Shown: positions 44,780 to 55,159 of the stretch, one piece after another
Layout of the letters: each line of letters opens with the position of its first letter
How positions within the stretch are numbered: the stretch's first letter is position 1
DNA from: Amoebophrya sp. A120
Lineage: Eukaryota; Protista; Dinoflagellata
DNA: 64,000 nucleotides
Assembly (NCBI GenBank): GCA_905178155.1
Contig: CAJINV010000010.1
Coordinates: 3,368,587 to 3,432,586, forward strand
Reading direction: 5' to 3'
Made by a program: the position numbers and the translations under genes
Notes under the pieces: model-generated
What the model was told of the DNA's origin: nothing
Database searches by the model: none
Seen by the model: the letters and a program-made list of their open reading frames with translations, nothing else

Positions 44780-45373
44780 CGAGTTTTGTTGGTCTTCTTT
44801 TCACAGTACAGCGGATGCTGAACTTTGTGAAAATAAGTTTGTTCTTCTTGAAAGCTCTTAGAGTCGTGAGTTTTACGTCTCAGCAACCGGCTGGGACGAC
44901 GGGGCTTATTTTTCGAAAAAAGACGGGGTCTTCTTCCTAGCTGTTCTGTTTTTGTTGAATCGGATTGGATTTTCTGCTGCTGCTCGCCAAGACTATTTCC
45001 AAAACAAACAAACCGAGACTATTTTAGGTTGTTTTTGTCGACTTGTTTTCGATTCTGGTTTTCGATTTCTCGCCCTCTTCTTCGAAAATAAACGCACCGA
45101 TCGCAAGCTTTTGTTTTCTCTCTTTCTTCGATTTCGATTTCGAGACAGAAACTGCATGACTACTGCTTTTCTTCATCCGCTCCTACTACTTTTTCTTGTT
45201 CAAAATCGACAACCAACGTTGTTTCAAATCTAGTTCGTTCTTCCTATTTGCAGGCTATGCAAATCTTCTCCATTTTTACTCTTCAGCATAGTGTCCCGAA
45301 CGTTTTCCAAACCGGGATACGGCTCGCGTCGTCCGAGAAAGAAAAGCTCCTTGCTGATCATTACGTAAAGAAA

Positions 45374-45907
45374 TCAGTACTCGTGGATCCGGTTAATTCC
45401 CGATAACTCACCACCGTTGTCATCGGAAAGGGTCTCGTCTTCTAATCTCCTTGCTATTTTTCTTGCGCGTTTTCTTCTCTTCCGTTTCTCTTGCTGCGCG
45501 CCGTTTGGTGACTCGGATCTACAGTTTTTCCGGTCCGAAATCCTCATCCAGGAGCCGACAGGAATGGTGTCTTCTGCTTCTTTTGCATAACTGCGACCGG
45601 TTCTTCTTTCGACTAGTTCACTCATTACTCGATTTTCGACTCCAATTGGTTTTATTTGGATAATCGCGAACCTTGCTCGGTGTCTTCGAAAGAATTTACC
45701 GCATTCGATCTTGTAGTCTTTTAATTCGCAGCTGTGCATGTCAGTTTTGTCTTCCTTGCTGTTCCTGTTTCGCCTAGGACGCGGCAATGTGCGATAGTAG
45801 AGTGGAAGTTCTTCTAGCTTTTTATTCTGCTGTCCTAGAAGAAGTTGTTCTTGTGGCGGTTTCCGTATCACCATCGGCCTGTACTCCCAGCTCCTTATAC
45901 ACAACAT
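45374..45907 (-). CDS. Accessory basic ORF (177 aa), unknown function
   Basis: ATG-started, overlaps the previous ORF by 86 nt (may be a frameshifted continuation); NLS-like KRKRRKRARK. Confidence 0.5.
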   Translation of the reverse strand: MLCIRSWEYRPMVIRKPPQEQLLLGQQNKKLEELPLYYRTLPRPRRNRNSKEDKTDMHSCELKDYKIECGKFFRRHRARFAIIQIKPIGVENRVMSELVERRTGRSYAKEAEDTIPVGSWMRISDRKNCRSESPNGAQQEKRKRRKRARKIARRLEDETLSDDNGGELSGINRIHEY

Positions 45908-46133
45908 TTCTCTTGCTAGCTGTGTAGATCTTTTCGCGCGACTCCGAGACTTCGGCTGCTACCGTCGCACCAAAGAAGTTCAATGCTGTTAAGTCATCAA
46001 CCGGAAAGATTTCTTCTTCGGGTTGAAGATCGGCTGGAAGTAGAAGAACATGCTCTTTGCGTGGAGATTTTTCTTCATCCGGTTCGTTTGAATACCAGAG
46101 AGGACGAAGTGTAGCTACGCTAATGCTCGACAT
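45822..46133 (-). CDS. Accessory small ORF (103 aa), unknown function
   Basis: ATG 6 nt after the stop of the 697-aa ORF; overlaps the next ORF. Confidence 0.45.
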   Translation of the reverse strand: MSSISVATLRPLWYSNEPDEEKSPRKEHVLLLPADLQPEEEIFPVDDLTALNFFGATVAAEVSESREKIYTASKRNVVYKELGVQADGDTETATRTTSSRTAE

Positions 46134-46139
46134 TTCTTC

Positions 46140-48233
46140 TTAACTGCTTCTTCTCCTTTTTTGCTGATTCCCGGTGCTGCTCGTTGGCGCCAGGATAGAT
46201 GTAGAAGAAGACGACGATGAGGAGCTTGAGGAGCCAGACGAAGCTGCGTTCAAATTTACAACGGGCACTTCTGGACAGACAAGAAAAGCGCCGTCGTCTG
46301 CGTATGTGAAAATTGACGTATGAGTAGCTGTCAGGGTGCGGCTCCTGCTTCGTCCTCTCCTCGTGAGCGTATCTGCGATGTTGCTTGCGCTCTGGGCAAG
46401 TAGCGTAGCGGCGTTTCTAAAAGGATTGTGACTATTTCGTAATCTTCCTTTTCCGCTTGCTTTAGGCTCAAACTCTGGCTCGTTTTCACTTGCTGCTTCT
46501 GCCTCTTCCGGATCGTCTTCCGGTTCCGGTAAGTTGAAGGCTGGGTCTCTTGCTGCTTGTCTTGCTTCTCCCGAGTCTGTTTGTACTGTGCTCCCCTGAT
46601 TTGGTCGCGCAGAGTCGACTTGTGATCTACCAATGTTCTCGCGTGGGTGATTGCTGTCGACTGACTCGTCCCTTCCTGGGCAGAAGTGGCAGTGGTGGCC
46701 TGACTCCCCGCAGAGAGTGCAAAACTTGAAACCTGGACAATTCCTGACGGTGTGCCCTTCACTTTTGCAGTTTGCACATGCGTAGGGGCACCGCGAGCGG
46801 CGGTGTCCGACTCTTAAGCAAAGAAAACAAAGATCGCAGGCAGCAGGTGGTCTTTCGCGGTTAGATTGGGCTCTTTCAATCCTTATACTTTCTCTCCTGG
46901 TTTCGATTCTACTGCTGCTGCTGCTCCGTGGCGCGACCTTTGATGGGCAGAGTCTGGTCTTGTTTGTTTTTACTAGTGCGCCTGGAACGCACCGAGCTAG
47001 AGCTTCAGCTGCTTCTCGATTCAGCACTTCGCATGCTGCTCTCGACACAACCGGAAGTTTTGCTCGTTCGCTGTCTGGAAGCTCGTCCGTCCCAGTTTCT
47101 AGCTTTCCAAGCGAATTCAGGTGACCGAGAAATTGGTTTCTAACTTCGTCAACGCGAATTTGCTCGGTAAGCAATCTTTTTCGCCAGATGTGGCCACCTC
47201 CAAACTCCTCGGACCGATCCAAATCCACAACCGCTGAGCGCTGGTAGTGTTCTTGTGGAATGCTGGACTCGAACAGAATCTGTTCGATGGGCTTCACGTC
47301 GTTGTATGCCGCAAATAAGCTTGCCACAGTGAAGCTTGGAGGAGAAGATGAACTGCTGCTTCCTCCTGCGGATGACGAACTTGCTGCTTGGTTGAAAGAA
47401 GACAAGGAGGATGAGCGCACGCTCTGAAAGCGCTTTACCTCGTACTTCCAGTCCGTGTATTTGTTTACTTGGTCAATTTCTCTTCTCCTCGCGGCCACAA
47501 TAAAGCTGACTGCTGCTCTTCTTGTCGATTCTCGAAAGTCGCACGGATAGATGTCAAGATTCCGCACGGAGTTGTTGATCGAGTTTTCGCCTGTTTTTGG
47601 TACTGGAATTATTTTGTGGATTTTGTCCTTCAACTCCTGTGTTGGTACCACTGCGTAAAGGAATTCTTCCACTCTCCCCGCGTCCTCGTCTTCAGGATCC
47701 GGTACGTCGCGTACGTCCAGAACGATTGGTTGATGCGGGTGCGATCGTAGCAGATAGAATAAGAAGCAGGCTAGGTGTTCGTATTTCGAGATCGAGTCGT
47801 CAAATGGACGGGGATGGACTGGCTTCCAGTACAAGTCGAGATCTAGGATTTTCTCGTCGTTGATTCCTTTTTCTCTGCTCTTGTGCTGCGCCTTCGCGTT
47901 GTTAGTGACGTAGCTTTCTTTGAGATCGCATTTCTTCATCCCATACACTTTCACCGTAGGTACTTGGCAGCAAAGATCCCAGAGCTCGAACTTGACGAAG
48001 CCACCACCTTCATTCCACGTATCAGATAATTCTCCGTGCTCCTTGCTAAAGCGGTACTTCTTGTTGAAAAGCTTGGGCAGAAAAAGGGCGAAGTTATCTT
48101 TGCACTCTTCTTGACGTTGTTCTCGTCGTAAGCGATGACTGCGTAGTTGCCAGAAGGCCGGGGCTTCGATCAACTGGGTTGGCAAGTCGTCACGTCCGTA
48201 AGTTTGCGTTATCCAATCAGTCCCGTCTGTCAT
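46140..48233 (-). CDS. Accessory 697-aa protein with three CCHC zinc knuckles
   Basis: ATG-started ORF containing CFLCLRVGHRRSRC, CANCKSEGHTVRNC and CTLCGESGHHCHFC. Confidence 0.8.
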   Translation of the reverse strand: MTDGTDWITQTYGRDDLPTQLIEAPAFWQLRSHRLRREQRQEECKDNFALFLPKLFNKKYRFSKEHGELSDTWNEGGGFVKFELWDLCCQVPTVKVYGMKKCDLKESYVTNNAKAQHKSREKGINDEKILDLDLYWKPVHPRPFDDSISKYEHLACFLFYLLRSHPHQPIVLDVRDVPDPEDEDAGRVEEFLYAVVPTQELKDKIHKIIPVPKTGENSINNSVRNLDIYPCDFRESTRRAAVSFIVAARRREIDQVNKYTDWKYEVKRFQSVRSSSLSSFNQAASSSSAGGSSSSSSPPSFTVASLFAAYNDVKPIEQILFESSIPQEHYQRSAVVDLDRSEEFGGGHIWRKRLLTEQIRVDEVRNQFLGHLNSLGKLETGTDELPDSERAKLPVVSRAACEVLNREAAEALARCVPGALVKTNKTRLCPSKVAPRSSSSSRIETRRESIRIERAQSNRERPPAACDLCFLCLRVGHRRSRCPYACANCKSEGHTVRNCPGFKFCTLCGESGHHCHFCPGRDESVDSNHPRENIGRSQVDSARPNQGSTVQTDSGEARQAARDPAFNLPEPEDDPEEAEAASENEPEFEPKASGKGRLRNSHNPFRNAATLLAQSASNIADTLTRRGRSRSRTLTATHTSIFTYADDGAFLVCPEVPVVNLNAASSGSSSSSSSSSSTSILAPTSSTGNQQKRRRSS

Positions 48234-48320
48234 CTCGTTTTGCTCTTCTGGTACTGTTTTCGCTGATGCGGAATAAGTTTATCGCGGTGTTGATATTTCT
48301 TGGGGTTGCTGTTACCATTG

Positions 48321-48951
48321 TTAGACAGCTTTTCCTTCGATAAGCTTCTTCAAATCAAACCGCTTTCCAGGGCGGTACTTCGAAATAGAGGTTATTGGTT
48401 CTTGCTTTTTAAACATATTCACTCGGCTGATCATGTCCATTCGCGGTGCTTCTGCTTTTTGGTGCCCAAAATTGCTGCAGAAATGGCACGCACTCGTATT
48501 ATTATTTCTGGATAATTGCTTCCACCGCTCGAGATTACTCTTCTTGAGCTCCCGACGGGAATTCGGCATTTCTTCTGGTAAAGTTTTAGTAGAGAAAGTT
48601 CAGGCTCGTGCAGCACCCGCGTGCTGCCCACTTGGTTCAAGTCAATTTTCTTCAAAAAACCGGCTAAAATTTTCGATGAAGGGTTTTATTCGAGCCATCC
48701 GCAAATTTCTTATTCGCTTTTGTTCGACGAGTTTTACCTTTTGCGAATTCTCTCTTTCCGATACGAATCAATCGATAGCGAGCAAGTGCATCAATTTCGA
48801 TAGGTATCGTCTTCCACGACCTCTCGTGCTCCGAGATGTGCAACTTCAGGTCGATCGTATCACCATAGACTGCATCCCCGTAGTCTACTGCTTGCTGGAT
48901 CGCGTCTGCCGATCCGAAAAAGTTATGGTCATAAGTTTTGCGCTTTGACAT
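48321..48951 (-). pseudogene. First accessory ORF region of the retroelement, fragmented or frameshifted; basic, with a degenerate Zn knuckle
   Basis: ORFs 48664..48951, 48431..48655 and 48321..48569; CHFCSNFGHQKAEA resembles CX2CX4HX4C without the last Cys. Confidence 0.4.
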
Positions 48952-49055
48952 TTTTGAAAGAGAGTCTAGTAATATTTCATAAGTAATTTACATAGTTAAT
49001 TTCTTTTGTTCCCCTTATTTCTCCGCTGACTCCATGCATATGGATGCAGGTAAAA

Positions 49056-49072
49056 CCTGCTCTCCGCTACCA
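49056..49072 (-). promoter_or_regulatory. Primer-binding site, initiator tRNA-Met-like
   Basis: Minus strand TGGTAGCGGAG(AGCAGG) begins 1 nt after the LTR end. It is complementary to a tRNA 3' end ...CTCCGCTACCA, similar to eukaryotic tRNAiMet ...CTCTGCTACCA. Confidence 0.8.
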
Positions 49073-49073
49073 T

Positions 49074-49426
49074 TGCTGAAACGGAAATCTTTCCGTTTGC
49101 ACATGGATGTTATCAAGGAACGATTGTCAGCGGAGAACACCATCGTGACTTAGCCGCACGCGAGCAAGTACACCTTGCGAGCAAAATACTTTACCAGGTC
49201 AGCAACACGTAATAAACAAAAATCCGGGTCCTTGAGCCACGAAGGCAGGTTTAGTTAAGTCCATTGAATATTCATGTAGTTTCTAGTTAGGTTAGTAAAC
49301 GTTGTACGAAGACGAGTAGACGTGCACGTATACGAGTTTTCAGTACGAACGATAAACATAACGTGCGAACCGATTCCCTTGACAACACCCATTCTGCAGA
49401 CAGAAATTCTAGTTTACAATTTCGCA
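49074..49426 (-). repeat. 5' LTR
   Basis: Direct repeat of 28604-28956, followed on the minus strand by the PBS. Small hairpin aaacggaaa-tc-tttccgttt at the U5 end. Confidence 0.95.
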
Positions 49427-49856
49427 TTATCTTTTGTAAGAGACATCGCTCTTCTTTGAAACGAGCAAGTATTTCTTAGAAGATGTTGTGTAGGTCTCTC
49501 CTCCTGCACGGCGAGGAGGATCACTGTGGATGTCGCAAGACCATCTCCACCGCAAAAAAAGCAATTGAAGCTGCCTCTGTATGCTACAGAAGATAAAAAA
49601 AACTGCATCATCTGATCGGCGCGATGAACTAAAGTGGGCCACGACCGCCCGTTGATCGGTTGACCACCAAAACCACCGTGGGTAGTAGTTGCTCAAGAAA
49701 CCCTGTTCACATGATCTCGATCTACTTCTCGTAGATCATGTTCGTTTTCGTTGTCGTTATTTGCAACTACTTATGATCACGGAATTCGAACAAAAAACGC
49801 GGAACCCACTGCGAGGACATGATGCTGCCGGTTTGATGATCCTTGCTTTCATCTCA

Positions 49857-50702
49857 TCACAACCTCCTTAACTTTTCCCATTTGTCCATGCTCCTGCCTG
49901 TCTGGCCTTTGATCAAGACAATCTTCAACTTTTTCCCGTTCCGCAGCTTCCAGCTCGACTTCCCCGGGTCGATGTGCCCCCACAGTTCCCGACAGAGGAA
50001 AACGTAGTTCTTGGAAGTAGAAGATGTTGCAGCGCCACTCCCCGTAGCTTGTCGTTCTTCCGCTTGTGGTTGTCCTTCAGCAGCAGCAGTCGCGTTCTTA
50101 CTCCGCCTCCCTTCGATTCGCACCTCCATGCTGCGCTCCGAGAACCACACGACAATTTGTTGATCGGAAATGGGACGAACTGCTTCCACTTCTGGAATCA
50201 CGATCTGCACGTTCACTTTGGAGTCTAAGTTTTCGAAGTAGATGTTTTCGGACGGGATTTCCGTCCACGGCTGATTTTCCCTGATCCATTGCTCCCGCTC
50301 CTCTATCGTTTCCAGCAAGCGGCCCACCTGCGCGTCTTTTTTGTCGCTGTAGAAGGAGCCGAGAAGGGGCTGGATGGACAGGTCGATGTTGTCCGAGTTG
50401 ATGTTTGAGGGCTTTTTCGAAGTCGCGCCGGAGGTACTAATTTTCGGTTGCGGTTTTCCATTACCCCCCTCCGGCTTTTGCGGTTCTGCTTTCGTGCTGG
50501 ACCTTCTCTCCTGTCGCGGCGACTCTGGCGGGAGGAGTGTCTCTGTATTTGCCTTCACAGCTTGAACTTCATTCTTCTGGTGTTTGAAATCCACTTCGTG
50601 ACGCGGTGATCCAGCATCCTGCTTCGGCATTTCGAAGTGCTGCTGTGGCGCGTCAACCGCACTTGACCTTCCATTCTGCTCGTCCAAAGAGCTGGCTGTC
50701 AT
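49857..50702 (-). CDS. CS-domain (p23/NudC/SGT1-like) protein
   Basis: C-terminal W...VNVQIVIP...VVWFSERSMEVRI...LWGHIDPGKSSWKL...LKIVLIK...WEKL; likely ATG at 50702. Confidence 0.75.
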   Translation of the reverse strand: MTASSLDEQNGRSSAVDAPQQHFEMPKQDAGSPRHEVDFKHQKNEVQAVKANTETLLPPESPRQERRSSTKAEPQKPEGGNGKPQPKISTSGATSKKPSNINSDNIDLSIQPLLGSFYSDKKDAQVGRLLETIEEREQWIRENQPWTEIPSENIYFENLDSKVNVQIVIPEVEAVRPISDQQIVVWFSERSMEVRIEGRRSKNATAAAEGQPQAEERQATGSGAATSSTSKNYVFLCRELWGHIDPGKSSWKLRNGKKLKIVLIKGQTGRSMDKWEKLRRL

Positions 50703-53331
50703 GATCGTGGTTGTATTGATGAATGGTCGAAGCGAGGTATGTACGCGTTCTAGTAGAGCAGAGGCAAACTCAAACTCAAAAGCTGGAACGTACGAAATTC
50801 CTTTGTGCATATGTATACACACAGACCTTTATCTTGATCCTAGTTCATCAGCGCGTTTCGGTTAGACCAAGCACGACACGATGAAATCAGAACAGAAACG
50901 GTCGCCACAGGGATGTTCTAGAAGACGCCCTCCTAACATGAATAGGCATCTTCTAGAAGAGGCAACACGCGCTTCTTCAGCGTCGAATACCTGCTGCAGC
51001 AGCGCAGTTAGTTTGAGTTGCAGATCTTCGATTTTTTCAGTACGCGAGAAGAAACGTCTCGGGTGAGCTTTCCTATTCAACAGCGACTTTTCATCTATTT
51101 TGACACCAGCAAGCTTGTGCGAGTTCAAAAAATCTATCTTTTTTGTACATTGTTGTCAAGGAGTCCAAGGTTGTGTCAATGATAATCTCTCTTTTACTTC
51201 TATCTAATTCAGTTTTCTGGTTCAACTAATAAATTTTTCGTCATTTTGTACATTTTGTGATTTTGGCGTCAACACCGCCGTCGCATCCCTGATCCAGGTC
51301 GGCAACCCGCTGCAGGCGCGGTAGCGGAAGAGGGGGAGGTGGTTCTTTTTTTACAAGAGAGCATCGGAAAAAAAGCGAAAGTCGGTAAACAGCCGGAACG
51401 TTTTCACCGCAACTGCACTGGACTGGTCCCGCCGCCTGGTCCTGCCCCTGGGGGTTGTATTGTCGGTGATGCTACTGCAGTGTCTGCAGCTCTCCCACGG
51501 CCCGACGGACTGCGGCTACCACGACCTGAGGGTTTTGTAAGTTGAATTTCACTTATTCAGACGTATTTGAACTGCCACATACAACGACTTCACGCCCAAA
51601 ATTCAGAGTTTTTTCCCCTGATGGCCCCAAAAGACCCATCTGTACCTCCTCCCTTTGGGCTCATCACCAACGCCCGGTCTTGCAATGGTGGTTCCAACGG
51701 AGGTTGCTCTTTGCTACCGGTTGTGCCGTTTGTACTCGATATACCGAAATAAACGCCCTCGTACGGAATAAGCAGCTACACACCATGTCTAGCAGGACAA
51801 ACAAAATGAAACATGAATGCCAGCGCCCATAGAGAGCTGCGCCTCACCCCGTACAGCCATGAGAGGCTGGCAACGCCCGCGGCGCCTGGCCCGCCCGTTC
51901 GGTGCGGGGCAATGATGAACAGTTTGCCCCTTTTCCCGACACCTGCGTCATGCCTGCGCTTTTTTGCGACCTGCCAATGCCCCGGCCACAAAAAGAGAGG
52001 GCAACGTCGAAAGCAAAGCCACGGAAGAACCAAACATCCCCTAGCCCTTTTTCGAGGCAAGCAGGACGGAGCGAGCGGCGCTTTCGCGCTTCCATCCTCC
52101 CATCCAATTGTGCCAATACGGCACGGGCAGCACCCATGACAGGGAACTGCCCCACACAGGCAAGGACGAAGTAAACGAGCACCAGCGCCACCCCATGACT
52201 ATGTAGCCCCCGCGCAAGCACCAAATAGAAGCCCTGCCCAAGAGAACGGCGGCGCCCACCCCCACAGGCTTCTTCTGTTATTTCCACAAAAAGCAGCGCC
52301 GCGATTTGTGGAACCAGCGGCGCAGCGCGCGCGGAAATTTTCGCTCACTCCGCACGACCTACCCATGCGTAGTACGGAGCCAAGAATCCTGTTTCTTGAG
52401 ACACCCTCGGCGCGGCGGGCCCTGCGCACCTGGCATGTCAGGTGCGCAACAGTCGCCGCGCCGTCAACCAGAAAGAACGACTTGAAGGCACTACGCAACC
52501 AAGAGACGGAAGCCGGCAGACCAGCCGCAACTTGCAACGCCCTGCCTCGCAACAAGATGTTGGCAGGCCAACGCGCTTGCTGAGGCGGCTGCGAAAAGTG
52601 TGAGCGTTTCGGGTTCCCTCCATCGCACTACGCAGCGCAGACAGTGGGTGGGGCGCAGGCCTGCCCACGTTCCACGGGCTTGGGCTTTGGAAACTCCCTT
52701 CGGGGGCCAACATCAATCTGCAAACCCAAAGAAACGGCCCACTAGTTACATTCATAGGCCGGCGCGGCGGATGCGTCCGTGGTGAACCCGCAATGGTGGT
52801 TCCAATGGAGGTTGTTCTTTGCTACTGGTTGTGCCATTTGTAGTCCCGCCCCGGCCATTCATCCTGCTCCTCCTCCTACTCTCCACGATTTCCTCTACGG
52901 ATTCTTCCCAAGTCGCCAAAAACGCTTCCCGTAACCTCGGTAAATTTCTCGCGAACCGGTCGTCAGAGAATTCCCTGTGGAAATCCCGCAGCCAGAGTTC
53001 GAACGCCCCGTGGTCGGTTGGCTCTGCGGTGTTGTGAACACTGTCCGGGCTGGTGAAAAAGTTGATGATCGAATGGCGGACCACACCGGAGTAAGACGTG
53101 GTGACGCCGGGGTGAGTTGTTGTGCTAGAAGGTCCGGAACTAGAACTAGAAGGAAAGGCTTGTGACCCCCCAGGAGTAGTAGGCGTGCCATTGTTCTGGC
53201 TGTTGCGCCTCAAAGGCTGGGAGGGAAAGTTCTGCTCGCATTCGATGGTGTGCGCTTCGATGGCTTCGGTGTCTGTTTTGGAGTTGGTTTGTCATGCAGA
53301 GAGAACGTCGCCCATGATCCACTGCGCATCT

Positions 53332-54248
53332 TCACGACGCATGCTTCAATATTAATCGCATGCCAAACAACCCTATACCGAGAGGCAGCCTCGCGCCGCA
53401 CCGTCCGCATTTGGCTACTCCAATCGCGTCAAGCGGTGTGTCGAAGTCCAACCCGTCTAGGCTGTGCCCCCCGGATCTGTTGTTCGGATCATTTTCCTCA
53501 TCCGTATCTATCAAATGTAGAAATGTCTGGGTCTGGAAGATTGCAACTTGTCATGCTGTTTTTGGACTGTAAAAAAGTGTGTATTGCATGACAAGCAAGA
53601 GGGGTACAATTTGTGCTACACGGACAGGGCATTTCTCATGCGGAAGGTGCATCAGGAAGCCGTCTGAAAGTCTGCGACGCTAGGTCACGCATTACAGGCA
53701 TCCTGGGTCGTGAAAAATATGCATGACAAATCTTGCATTCTTCCAGACCCAGACATTTTTACATTTGATAGTATCCCCGTCCATGCTAAACTGCTGCGCT
53801 TCCTGCGCGAGCCCATTTTGGTCAAGGGCGGTCAGGGAAACGAAACCGGACGGGTCTGTTATCGTTGGATGTGGCTGCAATTGTGAAAAATTTGCCAGTT
53901 TGTTATGCATCAAACAGCTGACAACGGACATTTATATTGCAGTTTCCACGACGCTGCTGCATGTGCATCGAATACGAAATCATAATCAGTACTGCTCTGC
54001 GGTGACGTCGCATACACCGCTCGATCCAACTTTTCCTTTAGCGCATTCCGCTCGTTCTGGGCTATCTGCAGTTTCTTCTGCTGGTCAAAGACTGCCTGTT
54101 TGCGGAGCTGCAGCTCCGTTTCCTCCACCTTGATTTGCTCTTCCGCGTGGCGGAGCTGGGTCTGGAGGAACTCGACTGACAGGTGTTCACCATCTTGCTC
54201 GGCATGATTTGGATTTTCTGGAAGAAGTCCGGTGGGCGAGGTGGCCAT
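53332..54248 (-). pseudogene. Coiled-coil-containing gene with one introner, apparently frame-broken
   Basis: ORFs 53910..54248 and 53692..53931 are in different frames; removing the element joins GDT|DEEN in frame. Confidence 0.35.
53509..53770. mobile_element. Introner family A, DR GTATC
   Basis: TIR core and perfect DR. Confidence 0.88.
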
Positions 54249-55159
54249 AATTTTTTAGGGTGTAAAAATTTTTCGGTAAGTAGGTGTAGTTCGCTCATTC
54301 GTTTTTGCGCGGATGAAGGGCAATACGCTCGTTGAGAAGTGACCTAGTTGAGGACTCGTGCCTTGAGATGGTCTTCGTGGCACAGATTTTTTTTCTGAGA
54401 TGCAGTGATTGAGAACACGCCGGCAGAGGGCAAATAGGTATTGGGAACGGGGTGAGGAAGCTGCTTATAATTTTTCGGTAAACGACACAAGTCAGAGTCA
54501 GTAGAAGAAATTTTTTGCCTAAATTACAGTCATGCGACTTCTCATGGCCCCAAAAAGTTTTAGAATACATGTGACGAAACAAATTGTAAACAGCTTACCG
54601 CTCAGAAGTCAAAGCCTATATGAAAATTCAAGTTGTAAAGCTAAACCAACGTTTTATACTGTGAATCCAAACAATAAATACTCACTGAAAAACCGAACGA
54701 AAACTACCTGCTGAAATCGTATTCTGATAAAATTTGAAAACGTTGTGCTGTTGAATAACCGGTAATTTTTGTAAAGAAAACTTGCCGTAGCAGAAGCGAA
54801 AAATGCTGATCCTGATTCGAACAGAAATGGTAGTGAAGCATGAAACTTGTTGTTCTAGGTCACAACGGAAGAAACAGACAAAAATTTGAAAAGTTGTAAA
54901 ACTGTGCAACGTGTCAAAAAAGGCTATCGAATTCGAAACTCAAACTCAAACTGAAATCGTAAAAACAAAAACTCCACTAAAAGCTGTGGAAAATAACGCT
55001 CAGGCTTCATTTTCCAGTATGACAGACTCTGTTCGAATAGATGAAAAGATCGTAAATTCAAAAAAACCTATACGTCTGCAACATAATTCATGCGAAAAGT
55101 CAATAAGTACCTGCCAAATGATGTAGATATTGCGAAGCTAGCAAGACAAAGAAAATATT

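Larger units (their letters stand above)
28604..49426 (-). mobile_element. Giant (20,823 bp) Ty1/Copia-order LTR retrotransposon with accessory ORFs
   Basis: Two 353-bp TG...CA direct repeats, TSD TTAT (28600-28603 and 49427-49430), PBS next to the right LTR, CCHC knuckles, and pol in PR-IN-RT-RH order. Confidence 0.93.

Noticed and set aside
49046-49072. tRNA gene
   Set aside because: Only a 3'-end-like fragment is present; explained by the PBS.
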